A stretch of 32,000 bases of DNA from Aciduliprofundum boonei T469 (GCF_000025665.1 NC_013926.1:180001-212000), one strand, 5' to 3'; positions 14,614-23,063 are shown, counted from the first letter of the stretch. Numbers and translations are program-made. Notes: a model not told the origin generated them from the sequence alone.

Positions 14614-15939
14614 ATGCCTATGCAATTATTCGGCACTGCAGGCATAAGGGGGATAACAAATAGAGATATCACCCCCGAGCTCGCCTTGAAAATTGCCCAA
14701 GCATATGGCTCTGTATTCTCAGGAGATATAGCAGTTGCAAGGGACACAAGGTACGGAGCTGAGATGATTGAGCGTGCTGTGGTCTCAGGATTGCAGAGCA
14801 CAGGAAATAGAGTGCATCTCTTAGGCATCTTACCATTGCCCATATTTGCAAGATTTGTAGCCGATTTTATGGACGGAGGTATAATCGTAACGGGCTCTCA
14901 CACTCCACCTCAGATAATGGGCATAGTGCCGGTAGATGAACTTGGAAGGGATATTTACTGGGATAAGGCAAGAGAGATTGAAAAAATATACAATAATGGC
15001 AAGGAAAAAACTGCTACTTGGGATAGGATAGAAGATACAGTTTTTGAGGATGCAGTAGAGCACTATATGAAATTCATTGAGCGAAAGGCAAAGAACTTAT
15101 CTGGATTCAAAATTGCTGTAGACCCTGCAAATGGTTCTGGAGCGGGGATAATTGATAGAATTCTTGAGAATTTAGGAATGGATGTTTATTGCATTCATTG
15201 TGATAGGAGGCATGTTCCTGCAAGACCATCCGAGCCGAGAAAAGAAACGCTGCAAGAATTAAGAAAAATATCACCAAATTTTGATATTGGAATTGGCACT
15301 GATATAGATGCTGACAGAGTTTTATTTGCCTCTCAAGGGGAGATATTTTCAGAGGACACAATAGGGGCCATATTCGCAAAATTCTTTGCGAAGGAGAGGA
15401 TGGTTACGCCTATAAACTCATCCTCCCTAATTGAATATGTGGCAAAGAGAAGTGGATTTGAAGTCATATACTGCCCAGTGGGGCCTCCAGAGATAGCAGA
15501 GCATATCCTGCGTTATAAGGCCTCATACGGATACGAGGAGACAGGAAAATACATATTTCCCCCAAAAACACTGTGGGGCGATTCCATATTATCAACAATC
15601 AATCTCTTGAAAATAATTGACTCACAAGGAAAGAGTTTAAAAGAATTGGCAAGCGAGTTCCCCAGATATTACCAAATAAAAGATAAAATTGCTGTGGAGA
15701 GGGAGAAAAAGAGAAAAATTGTGGATAAAATAGGAGAGTTTCTTGAAAGAAATATGCCACCGGGTGCAAAAAATATAGTTAGAGTTGATGGCGTAAAGAT
15801 AATTTACGAGGATTCTTGGCTCTTGATTCGCGCCTCTGGCACGGAGGATGTTATTCGCATATTTTCAGATGCACCAAGTTTGGAAAAAGCTAAAAAATTG
15901 GTAGATTATGGGAAAAATTTGGTTAAAAATTTCATTTAG
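14614..15939 (+). CDS. phosphohexomutase family protein (phosphoglucosamine / phosphomanno / phosphoglucomutase)
   Basis: LFGTAGIRG, phosphoserine loop TGSHTPP, metal loop GTDIDADRV, sugar loop GYEETGK, phosphate loop RASGTEDVIR. The start may be the second ATG at 14620 (MQLFGT...). Confidence 0.9.
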   Translation: MPMQLFGTAGIRGITNRDITPELALKIAQAYGSVFSGDIAVARDTRYGAEMIERAVVSGLQSTGNRVHLLGILPLPIFARFVADFMDGGIIVTGSHTPPQIMGIVPVDELGRDIYWDKAREIEKIYNNGKEKTATWDRIEDTVFEDAVEHYMKFIERKAKNLSGFKIAVDPANGSGAGIIDRILENLGMDVYCIHCDRRHVPARPSEPRKETLQELRKISPNFDIGIGTDIDADRVLFASQGEIFSEDTIGAIFAKFFAKERMVTPINSSSLIEYVAKRSGFEVIYCPVGPPEIAEHILRYKASYGYEETGKYIFPPKTLWGDSILSTINLLKIIDSQGKSLKELASEFPRYYQIKDKIAVEREKKRKIVDKIGEFLERNMPPGAKNIVRVDGVKIIYEDSWLLIRASGTEDVIRIFSDAPSLEKAKKLVDYGKNLVKNFI

Positions 15940-16885
15940 AGCCAGCAAGGGTGAAATAGGCAAGCAGCGCGTCCAATTGGATTCTTTCGTTAGCTCCTTC
16001 AACTATTCTGAACTCTATCTCCCCAGTTTTATCCAAGAGTTCAACTTTCAATCTATCATCTATGGGTAAATCGTAAATAACACGATGAATCTGTTTTATA
16101 ACATCCTCTCCCGAGAGACCAAGCTCCACTAGCAGCTTATTCAATTTATTCCTTGCCTCTATAAAATCCCCTGCAAGGGCTTTTTTAAGAACATCTTCAA
16201 CATCCTCTCTCTTAGCTAGACCTGTAGCCTTGTAAACTACTCCTTCATCGATGGTATCTGATATTGCTGCAGACATTTGAAGTATATTTATGGCCTTTCT
16301 CATATCTCCACCGGAAATATAAACTATGGCATTGAGGGCATCTTCCGTTATTTTCTTTCCTTCGCTATCCGCTATGTACTTTAATCTCTTCTTTATGTCC
16401 TCCGATTTAAGAGGAGTGAAACGGAACACGGCACATCTTGACTGTATGGGCTCTATTATTTTGGATGAATAATTACAGGATAATATGAACCTGCAGGTAC
16501 GAGAATACATCTCCATGGTGCGGCGGAGAGCTGCCTGTGCATCTGGAGTGAGAGCATCCGCCTCATCCAAGAATATTATTTTGAAGCCAACATCATTTGG
16601 AGCTGCGGTTCTTGCATACTCTTTGATTTTTGTACGCACTATTCCTATACCACGCTCGTCACTTGCATTCAACTCATGAAAACTCGCTCTCCAATTCTCC
16701 CCAAACAATTCTCTTGCAAGGGCAATTGCGCATGTGGTTTTTCCCGTACCAGCTGGACCTGCAAAAAGGAGATGCGGCATGGTCTTTGCCTTAACATAGG
16801 ATTTCAATCTATCAACAATCTCATCCTGCCCAACAACTTCATCTAAGCTCTTGGGCCTGTATTTCTCAACCCAAACATCTTCCAT
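15932..16885 (-). CDS. rfcS: replication factor C small subunit
   Basis: WVEKYRP, Walker A GPAGTGKTT, DEAD box FLDEADALT, SRC motif QSRCAVFRF. Its 3' end overlaps the convergent phosphohexomutase gene by 8 nt. TTTTTAAA (rc of 16906..16913) lies 24.5 nt upstream of the ATG. Confidence 0.95.
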   Translation of the reverse strand: MEDVWVEKYRPKSLDEVVGQDEIVDRLKSYVKAKTMPHLLFAGPAGTGKTTCAIALARELFGENWRASFHELNASDERGIGIVRTKIKEYARTAAPNDVGFKIIFLDEADALTPDAQAALRRTMEMYSRTCRFILSCNYSSKIIEPIQSRCAVFRFTPLKSEDIKKRLKYIADSEGKKITEDALNAIVYISGGDMRKAINILQMSAAISDTIDEGVVYKATGLAKREDVEDVLKKALAGDFIEARNKLNKLLVELGLSGEDVIKQIHRVIYDLPIDDRLKVELLDKTGEIEFRIVEGANERIQLDALLAYFTLAGSK

Positions 16886-17005
16886 AGTTATGGTATGCCC
16901 TATGGTTTAAAAATTTTTGTCTCTGCAGGAGAGAAAGGAGGCATCGCTCTCTTCCAAGGCACTCGTGAACCTTCGCCTATTTAATTGAAAACAGTTCTAC
17001 AATCC

Positions 17006-17022
17006 AATACTCTCTCAGTATT
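17006..17022 (-). terminator. hairpin (AATACT-5nt-AGTATT) followed by a short T-run, downstream of the CPBP gene
   Basis: A perfect 6-bp stem lies 24 nt after the stop at 17046. On the minus strand it is followed by ...CTGTTTTC. Weak evidence. Confidence 0.3.
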
Positions 17023-17045
17023 ATCTACAAAGTATGACGGTTTCT

Positions 17046-17684
17046 TTATTCGGTGCTTGTTAATCTTTCAGCAATTTTGCCATTAAGATTGAATATTGCA
17101 TGAGTAGCGTATGCAGGAAGTAAAGAACCGCTGATGGCTCTGAAATAGCCCGCAAGTAATCCCAAAATAAAGGCAGAGATGAGAATAGTAGCCAAGAATT
17201 TACGCGGTGTGTTTTTGAAAGGCAAGATATGTATAAGAGAAAACAACAATGCAGGAACTACTATGGCAATTAGGGTACCATATTCAAGCAGGGAAGATTC
17301 GAGGATCCCTCTGAAAAGGAACTCTTCTCCCAGTGGAGCGAGCAAGAGAAGCAGAAATGAAAATTCAAGAATATTGAGATTGCCCAAATCAAAGGGACCA
17401 TTCTGCATATTGGTATTTTCCGCAACTCTAGACGCAATTAGTGAAAGAGGAAAAGCAATTATGAAAGCTGTGAAAATGGATATCACTGTGTAAAAAATGT
17501 CTATTTTCAATCCGTAGTATTCAAATCCACCAGTGAATTGAAAAACTATTAAGCTGAGTATTATGAAGACTGTCGATGTGCATCCAGCACCGATTTTTGC
17601 TTTTCTGGATGGGCACAATCCACCTACAATACTCCCACCCATAAACACTGCAAACCAGAGTAATATGCCCATCCATGGATTCAT
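17046..17684 (-). CDS. CPBP family intramembrane glutamic endopeptidase (CAAX protease/Abi-like)
   Basis: Family motifs in order: EEFLFRG (EExxxR), FSLIH (FxxxH), HAIFN (HxxxN). Polytopic membrane profile. Confidence 0.85.
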   Translation of the reverse strand: MNPWMGILLWFAVFMGGSIVGGLCPSRKAKIGAGCTSTVFIILSLIVFQFTGGFEYYGLKIDIFYTVISIFTAFIIAFPLSLIASRVAENTNMQNGPFDLGNLNILEFSFLLLLLAPLGEEFLFRGILESSLLEYGTLIAIVVPALLFSLIHILPFKNTPRKFLATILISAFILGLLAGYFRAISGSLLPAYATHAIFNLNGKIAERLTSTE

Positions 17685-17686
17685 AG

Positions 17687-17771
17687 CGCCGGGGGAGGGA
17701 TTTGAACCCTCGCACCCCTTAACGGAGTACAGGCTCTCCAGGCCTGCGCCTTACCACTCGGCAACCCCGGC
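17687..17771 (-). tRNA. tRNA-Ser (anticodon GGA), class II
   Basis: 85 nt. Acceptor GCCGGGG/CCCCGGC, anticodon stem CAGGC/GCCTG with loop CTGGAGA, long variable arm, T loop TTCAAAT, discriminator G. Confidence 0.92.
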
Positions 17772-17911
17772 TTAGGAACGGTTAATTATTTCTTTTATTT
17801 TATCTTTGTGGAATGCCCTCATATTCTTCCTCAAAAGTATTCCCATGATTTTATTTTCCTAAAGTATTATCTCCACAAACATTGCACCCACGAGGAGCAC
17901 TAAAACTGTTA

Positions 17912-19054
17912 CTATTCTATACTCACCTCCACATTGCCTAAATCGTTCCAAATATAACTCAGTTCTAGGCCCTTAAACGGAACATAACAGGTCTTGTAAG
18001 AATTCGCATTTGGTCTCACTGGTACCTCTACAGGTATTTTTCCAGAACCGTTATAGCTGTAGAACACCATAACCGGATATTTTCCCGGCTTTGTGTAGTT
18101 GTGCCATACTACCTTGCTTTTTGTGATTGTATAACTCCCGTCCATCCAGAATACATAAATGTTTGTGTAATTGTAAGGTGGTTGAATTTCTAATTTCACC
18201 TCTCTTTCTCCTATCTTTGCAATATTCACATTGGGAGTAGGAAGCGATGGAATATCCTCTTGTGGTATTATTTCGAGATTTACTATTGTGGAAAAGTCAA
18301 GAACATTTTTTCCATCTCTTATCCAGAATCCAAATTTCAAAGGTATGTGTGCGTAATCCAAAAGATAACTTACATTTATGTAATTAAACAAGATATACGC
18401 GGATGAGTAAATTCTAAGATTTTTCGCATTTGTAGTTATGTTATATGTAAGATTATCCCAAGGACCAAATAGACATACGAAAGAATTTGGAGATGCATAG
18501 TATACACCATCATTCTTCAACCATGTAGTATAATTGATAGTACTATTTCTATCCAACGAAATAACACTAGAGGACTTATCTACATCTAGAGATAGAGAGA
18601 TATCTGCATCATATTTCTGTGTCTGCACTTCAGGGAGATTATATCCAACATAATCCTCTGTGAATTTTGTGAGATTTCCACGAAAGCCATGATAGGTTAT
18701 ATTTACTAGAAAACTATGATAACTCTCGTCAAGAGTTTTGGGATATATGCTAACTGATATATTTGCATATTTTATCCCCTGATATTCTAAATTCTCTGTA
18801 AAATTATAAATATGGTGGCTTTCCCACAAATTTTCCCAATAATTGAAAATTCCATCATAATCACTTTTCAAACGATTCTGATAAGCTGAATTAATATTAT
18901 GGTACCTTGCAACCTTTTCTCCCATTGAAATATCTTTAATTTCCAAATGTGTTTTTTCTACACTATGATGTCCTGCAAGATAGTACCCACTTCCACCTAC
19001 AACAAGCAGGATGAGAAGCACTATAGCCAAGAGGATTTTAGTTTTCTTGAGCAT
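17912..19054 (-). CDS. N-terminally anchored extracellular protein, sequon-rich, with a C-terminal PKD-like domain
   Basis: Signal-anchor MLKKTKILLAIVLLILLVVGG. 12 N-x-S/T sequons by hand count. C-terminal VFWMDGSYTITKSKVVWHNYTKPGKYPVMVF resembles the PKD WxFGDG...HxYxxxGxYxV pattern. AAGGAGG lies 8 nt upstream of the ATG. Confidence 0.72.
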   Translation of the reverse strand: MLKKTKILLAIVLLILLVVGGSGYYLAGHHSVEKTHLEIKDISMGEKVARYHNINSAYQNRLKSDYDGIFNYWENLWESHHIYNFTENLEYQGIKYANISVSIYPKTLDESYHSFLVNITYHGFRGNLTKFTEDYVGYNLPEVQTQKYDADISLSLDVDKSSSVISLDRNSTINYTTWLKNDGVYYASPNSFVCLFGPWDNLTYNITTNAKNLRIYSSAYILFNYINVSYLLDYAHIPLKFGFWIRDGKNVLDFSTIVNLEIIPQEDIPSLPTPNVNIAKIGEREVKLEIQPPYNYTNIYVFWMDGSYTITKSKVVWHNYTKPGKYPVMVFYSYNGSGKIPVEVPVRPNANSYKTCYVPFKGLELSYIWNDLGNVEVSIE

Positions 19055-19114
19055 CTCCTATGCCTCCTTAGGGCAAATATATGATTTTCATCGTATATAT
19101 CATTTTCCTGCCTT

Positions 19115-19855
19115 TTATTCCCCTGCAACTATTTTCAAAACTACCTGCGTTTTCAACTCGTGCATATCCGTCCACCCCAGCAACGATGGATGGCCGTAAT
19201 ATGCTGCAACAGTGAGGATTATTGTGTGGTTGAGATGCTGTGATAGCGAATCATCAAGATTTATCTGGAGAGCAAAACTAACACCATAGAAATTCTCGTT
19301 TTTCCTGTCTTTATTCACGCCAATCAGAACATGTTTGTAAAGCCAGTTGTAATAATAAGTCTCCCCCATATAGTTAGGCGTGGGATTTGGTGTGGCATCA
19401 AACCACAGATTTGTGCTTTTAATTCTGTTCTTTATCACAGGAATATCAAGATGCACATAATCATCCTTTCCATAATCATATCTTATCACCAATTTCTGCA
19501 GTATGTAATCCCCGCTCAGGCGCTCTGCGTATGCAGTAAGGTTGCCGCCAAGTTCATCGTAGCTATTGATATCATATAGATATTCACTACATCTTAAAAC
19601 AATTCCAATCTCAAAATTTTTATTGGTGGAGAAATTCCCTGCATATTTGTTGATACCCAAAATATAATCTTCTTTGGAATAGTTTCTATAGACTGTGATG
19701 ATTGAGGGATAGCTATTCAACACGGGCTTTTCCATATCCTTCTCTGGTTTCCACCACTTCACTTTGGGTTGCGAGGCAAAATATGCGCCTAAAAGAATGG
19801 CTATCACTACAATCGCTCCAATTCCGAGTAGCAGAGCTTTCATTCTCTTGCTCAT
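19115..19855 (-). CDS. N-terminally anchored hypothetical extracellular protein
   Basis: The ORF-track start at 19882 is GTG. ATG at 19855 (MSKRMKALLLGIGAIVVIAILLGAYF) lies 5 nt downstream of GGAGGT. Single TM anchor, 4 sequons, Tyr/Asn-rich. Confidence 0.68.
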   Translation of the reverse strand: MSKRMKALLLGIGAIVVIAILLGAYFASQPKVKWWKPEKDMEKPVLNSYPSIITVYRNYSKEDYILGINKYAGNFSTNKNFEIGIVLRCSEYLYDINSYDELGGNLTAYAERLSGDYILQKLVIRYDYGKDDYVHLDIPVIKNRIKSTNLWFDATPNPTPNYMGETYYYNWLYKHVLIGVNKDRKNENFYGVSFALQINLDDSLSQHLNHTIILTVAAYYGHPSLLGWTDMHELKTQVVLKIVAGE

Positions 19856-20014
19856 CCTTTTACCTCCATGCATCATTCCCACATAGGCATTTCGTATTCT
19901 CTCAAATCAATAAAATGCATGTGAGTCGTTATATATATCCTTTATCACAACTATACAAAATTTCAAGATTGACTCAGAAATACAGAAAATTAGCTCATTC
20001 ATCTCAAAGAAAAA

Positions 20015-20022
20015 TTTATAAG
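20015..20022 (+). promoter_or_regulatory. TATA box (TTTATAAG) for tRNA-Thr
   Basis: Centre 28.5 nt upstream of tRNA position 1, preceded by the A-rich BRE-like AAAGAAAAA. Confidence 0.5.
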
Positions 20023-20046
20023 CCATACAATTATCCACTTCTTAGC

Positions 20047-20120
20047 GCCACCGTAGCTTAGCCCGGAAGAGCGGCTGACTTGTAATCAGCAGGTCGGGGG
20101 TTCGAATCCCCCCGGTGGCT
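20047..20120 (+). tRNA. tRNA-Thr (anticodon TGT)
   Basis: 74 nt. Acceptor GCCACCG/CGGTGGC, anticodon stem GCTGA/TCAGC with loop CTTGTAA, T arm GGGGG-TTCGAAT-CCCCC, discriminator T. Followed by CTTTTCTC. Confidence 0.93.
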
Positions 20121-20137
20121 CTTTTCTCGGAGCTAAA

Positions 20138-20145
20138 TTAATATA
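20138..20145 (+). promoter_or_regulatory. TATA box (TTAATATA) for tRNA-Ser(GCT)
   Basis: Centre 27.5 nt upstream of tRNA position 1. Confidence 0.5.
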
Positions 20146-20168
20146 CAAAATTTCCATACGCAATTACA

Positions 20169-20250
20169 GCGGGGATGGCCGAGCGGTACGGCGATGGCCT
20201 GCTAAGCCATTGGGCTATTGCCCGCGGGGGTTCAAATCCCCCTCCCCGCG
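20169..20250 (+). tRNA. tRNA-Ser (anticodon GCT), class II
   Basis: 82 nt. Acceptor GCGGGGA/TCCCCGC, anticodon stem ATGGC/GCCAT with loop CTGCTAA, long variable arm TGGGCTATTGCCCGC, T arm GGGGG-TTCAAAT-CCCCC, discriminator G. Confidence 0.92.
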
Positions 20251-20949
20251 CTATTTAATCTTTTGATACTTGGAAAAGAAAACATGGGCATTTGTAATAT
20301 AAAAGTTCCAGAGACTCGCAAAAACTATACCTACAAAATCAGCAATGATATAATTAATTCCCAAGCGATTGAGAACCCAGTATGTACCAACATTTATGAA
20401 AATCCCCATAATTAGTGTGAAATGATAGGCACCCATTCTCCACCATATAGAGCGTGTATAAACCCTATTTGAAAATACCCAATAATTGTTCATTAAGAAA
20501 GTGATTATTATACTTATCTCTATTGCAGAGACTAGAGATATTAAATCAGGAATTTTTAAAATTTTGAAAAGAATGACAAAGAATACCATATTGATGAGAA
20601 CTCCCGCAATACCTGTTGAGAAATATTTAACAACAACCCACATAACCTTATACTCCCTTAAAACTATGAGAAGATCCTTTCTTCTGCGCCTATTAGATTT
20701 AATTTTACTAGATATAACAGAGGCAGTTTTATAACTACCATTAACCAAGATTTCCGCTAAATTCCTATCTTTATCAATACCATAAATCTCACCATTATAC
20801 CCAAATATAGGTGCAAGGGGATTGTATTTTAAAGACGGAAAAAATACCTTAAGGATAAATATCAATAATCTTGTAATCCAATTATCATCATACACGAGCA
20901 CAAGATCATACTTCTTCATTTTTTCCCTAATTTCATCTTCTAACTCCAT
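20251..20949 (-). CDS. GtrA-family membrane protein with an uncharacterised ~110-aa N-terminal extension
   Basis: The C-terminal four-TM GtrA pattern has the two hallmark N(N/F)YWVF / WNFYITN...VFF motifs. The N-terminal region ends in a basic RRRRK stretch. The stop codon abuts the 3' end of tRNA-Ser(GCT). Confidence 0.78.
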   Translation of the reverse strand: MELEDEIREKMKKYDLVLVYDDNWITRLLIFILKVFFPSLKYNPLAPIFGYNGEIYGIDKDRNLAEILVNGSYKTASVISSKIKSNRRRRKDLLIVLREYKVMWVVVKYFSTGIAGVLINMVFFVILFKILKIPDLISLVSAIEISIIITFLMNNYWVFSNRVYTRSIWWRMGAYHFTLIMGIFINVGTYWVLNRLGINYIIADFVGIVFASLWNFYITNAHVFFSKYQKIK

Positions 20950-21014
20950 GCGTATAAGATAATTAGAATCTTGCTAATATAGTATTCTATCAAATCTATA
21001 ATAGAATCTTTGGC

Positions 21015-21881
21015 TCATCCCTTTTCCAGATACTTTATCATTTTATAGAGGATATACATGCATTTGCTGTTGGAGAATGGCTTTATTATATAATCTGCCT
21101 CCGTCTTTCTTCCTCTCTTAATATCCTGAAGCATACTGGACTCATTATCCCGAGTTTTTAAAACAACATCTTGAACAAGGGAATAAACATCCTCATTTAT
21201 TCCTTTTTTTTGAAGAAATAAAGATAATTCCTCAGACATGCACTTGGCTATTGATCTCAAATTATCATCGTTCCATATCTCCCCATTTTTAATCGAGAAT
21301 ATTGCTGTGAGCGGGTTTATAACAGCGTTTACTGCTGCCTTAACCCACCTTCTCTCCATTATATCATTAACCACCTCTGTTTTCAGTCCACTTTCTGTGA
21401 AATTTTTTGCAATTTCAAAAACTCTCTCTGTGAGTTCTCCACTTTTCTCTCCAATAAATGTATCTCCGTAACCGGCATGCTTAACTATTCCCGGAGAGAT
21501 TAGCATCGCTCCATGGGTCGTCACACCGGGTATAACATCAAAATCCTTCAGCATATCCACTATTCCCACGCCATTTTGGAAGGTTATCAAGATCTCATCC
21601 TTATACTCCATCTTTATCTCCCTTATTGCCTCTTCCGTTTGATATGCCTTTACAGCCAAGATTATAATATCATAACCTCCAGGATAATGCTCAGCCACAG
21701 GAATATTAAACAAACCTTCGGTAAATCCTTCAACCCTTAAACCGTTCTCTTTTATTGCTCTATAATGCTCTCCTCTTGTTATTAAAAGCACATCATTTCT
21801 TTTTGCCAGTATGGCTCCTAACACGCTTCCAAGAGAGCCTGCCCCGAAGACCGCGACTCTTATTTTTTTCACCTCCAACAA
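21015..21881 (-). CDS. panE: 2-dehydropantoate 2-reductase (ketopantoate reductase, PanE/ApbA family)
   Basis: Rossmann VAVFGAGSLGSVLGAILA, FQNGVG, WVKAAVNAVINPLTA, SSMLQDIKRGRKTEADYI. No ATG lies upstream of the Rossmann motif. The possible starts are TTG 21881, TTG 21878 or GTG 21872, so the start is uncertain. Confidence 0.85.
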   Translation of the reverse strand: MLEVKKIRVAVFGAGSLGSVLGAILAKRNDVLLITRGEHYRAIKENGLRVEGFTEGLFNIPVAEHYPGGYDIIILAVKAYQTEEAIREIKMEYKDEILITFQNGVGIVDMLKDFDVIPGVTTHGAMLISPGIVKHAGYGDTFIGEKSGELTERVFEIAKNFTESGLKTEVVNDIMERRWVKAAVNAVINPLTAIFSIKNGEIWNDDNLRSIAKCMSEELSLFLQKKGINEDVYSLVQDVVLKTRDNESSMLQDIKRGRKTEADYIIKPFSNSKCMYILYKMIKYLEKG

Positions 21882-22278
21882 ACACGGTTTTTCTGCTCAC
21901 AACATAATTCCAAAGAGCTGCGGCACCCACACCCATAAAATAAGCGGTTCTCATAGGGGTATGAATCAGAAGAAAGAAGGAAAATACTATCGTCTGTATT
22001 ATAAATCCTCCAAATAGGGCACCATGATAAGCGACCAATCTTTGCCAAACATTCAGCTTATACTTCTCTTCTCTAAAAACCCACACATCATTGGGATAGA
22101 ATGTAACCAAGATTCCTGCTTCAACAGATAACAGGTAAGGCACTATGTAAGCCAGAGGACTGGCATCTTCTGGAAGTTTGTGAGTAAAATAAGTAATTAT
22201 CGCCGAGCCAACTGCTGCACCTAAAACCCCAACAAGGGTGAACTTTACGAATGTAATTATTTCCTTTTTACTATTCAT
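21793..22278 (-). CDS. GtrA-family membrane protein
   Basis: 161 aa with four TM segments. Motifs FVKFTLVGVLG, NDVWVF and LWNYVVSRKTVF. Its ATG overlaps the TPR gene stop (ATGA). Confidence 0.8.
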   Translation of the reverse strand: MNSKKEIITFVKFTLVGVLGAAVGSAIITYFTHKLPEDASPLAYIVPYLLSVEAGILVTFYPNDVWVFREEKYKLNVWQRLVAYHGALFGGFIIQTIVFSFFLLIHTPMRTAYFMGVGAAALWNYVVSRKTVFVGGEKNKSRGLRGRLSWKRVRSHTGKKK

Positions 22279-23018
22279 TCTTCCAGCCCTTCCAACGCCT
22301 CTCTAATCTCCTCATCATCTGGGCTCCTGCGAAGCGCCTCTCTCAGCGCCCTTTTTGCTTCCTCCTTCATATCCATATTGGCATATGATATCCCCATAGC
22401 GTACCAAGCATCAGGGTCATCTGAAATTTCAATGCATTTCTTAAATGCCTTAATCGCCTCTTTGTACCTCTCCAAATAATGCAAAGCTAAGCCCTTATTG
22501 TACCACGCGTTGTCATAATCATCCTCTAAGGCAATAGCCCTTTCGGCAGCCTCCAGTGCTTTTTCATATTTCTCCTGAAACAACCTCGCTACAGCAAGAT
22601 TGTTCCACGCCTCTGCATCTTCTGGATTGATTTCCACCAGTTTAGAATAATACTTCTCTGAAATATCATACTTCTCCTGAGCGTCATAACAAGATGCAAG
22701 ATTATACCAAGCATCTATATTCTCGGGATTTATCTCTGTAACCCTCCTGAAGTATTTGGCTGCCTCTTTATAATTCTCGCTATCAAAAAGAAGCATACCT
22801 TTCAAGAGAAGCAAATCCTCATCCTCCTGCTCTTTAAGCAAAGTATCCACTATTTTAAGAGCTTCATCATCCTTCTCCATAGACCTGAGAATGTATGCTT
22901 TGTAGGTCATAGCCCTCCTATTCTCCCCTTTTTTCAGGATTTCATCAACGAGCTCTAAGGCCGGCTGATACAGGCCCATCTGCAAATATTTTTGTACATC
23001 TTCTTCCCATTGCTCCAT
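22275..23018 (-). CDS. tetratricopeptide (TPR) repeat protein
   Basis: Repeated 34-aa units with the W/Y-x-N-L/K-G/A...Y..A...F/Y..A....P pattern (for example AWYNLASCYDAQEKYDISEKYYSKLVEINPED). TTTTTTAT (rc of 23040..23047) lies 25.5 nt upstream of the ATG. Confidence 0.85.
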   Translation of the reverse strand: MEQWEEDVQKYLQMGLYQPALELVDEILKKGENRRAMTYKAYILRSMEKDDEALKIVDTLLKEQEDEDLLLLKGMLLFDSENYKEAAKYFRRVTEINPENIDAWYNLASCYDAQEKYDISEKYYSKLVEINPEDAEAWNNLAVARLFQEKYEKALEAAERAIALEDDYDNAWYNKGLALHYLERYKEAIKAFKKCIEISDDPDAWYAMGISYANMDMKEEAKRALREALRRSPDDEEIREALEGLEE

Positions 23019-23063
23019 AAAGATGGATTATCTCTTAGGATAAAAAAGTATTGTTTGGGAAGG

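Noticed and set aside
14572-14625. N-terminal extensions in the ORF track. Examples: pheS MHRHVYCKLFKEVAHIPS-, GRE MRGGGRD-, psmA MK-, sdaAA MK-, eL43 MVIQ-, permease MLEVWE-.
   Set aside because: Each extension starts at TTG or GTG and adds residues absent from the family N-termini I recognise. Each would also destroy the SD or leaderless-TATA spacing seen for the downstream ATG. The pheS extension would additionally overlap the divergent gene's start.
16920-17005. A possible small structured RNA in the 160-bp rfcS-CPBP spacer. It has an imperfect stem GGAAGAGAG/TTTCTCTCC around a CCUCC-containing loop.
   Set aside because: The stem needs a bulge and a G-U pair. There are no recognisable sRNA boxes or promoter, and I cannot test covariation. 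The evidence is insufficient to call a gene.
17687-20250. The tRNA-bounded segment as an integrated mobile element or provirus remnant.
   Set aside because: No integrase, transposase, or phage or plasmid genes are present. I found no duplicated tRNA 3' fragment (att-like direct repeat) in the flanks. Composition is similar to the surroundings.
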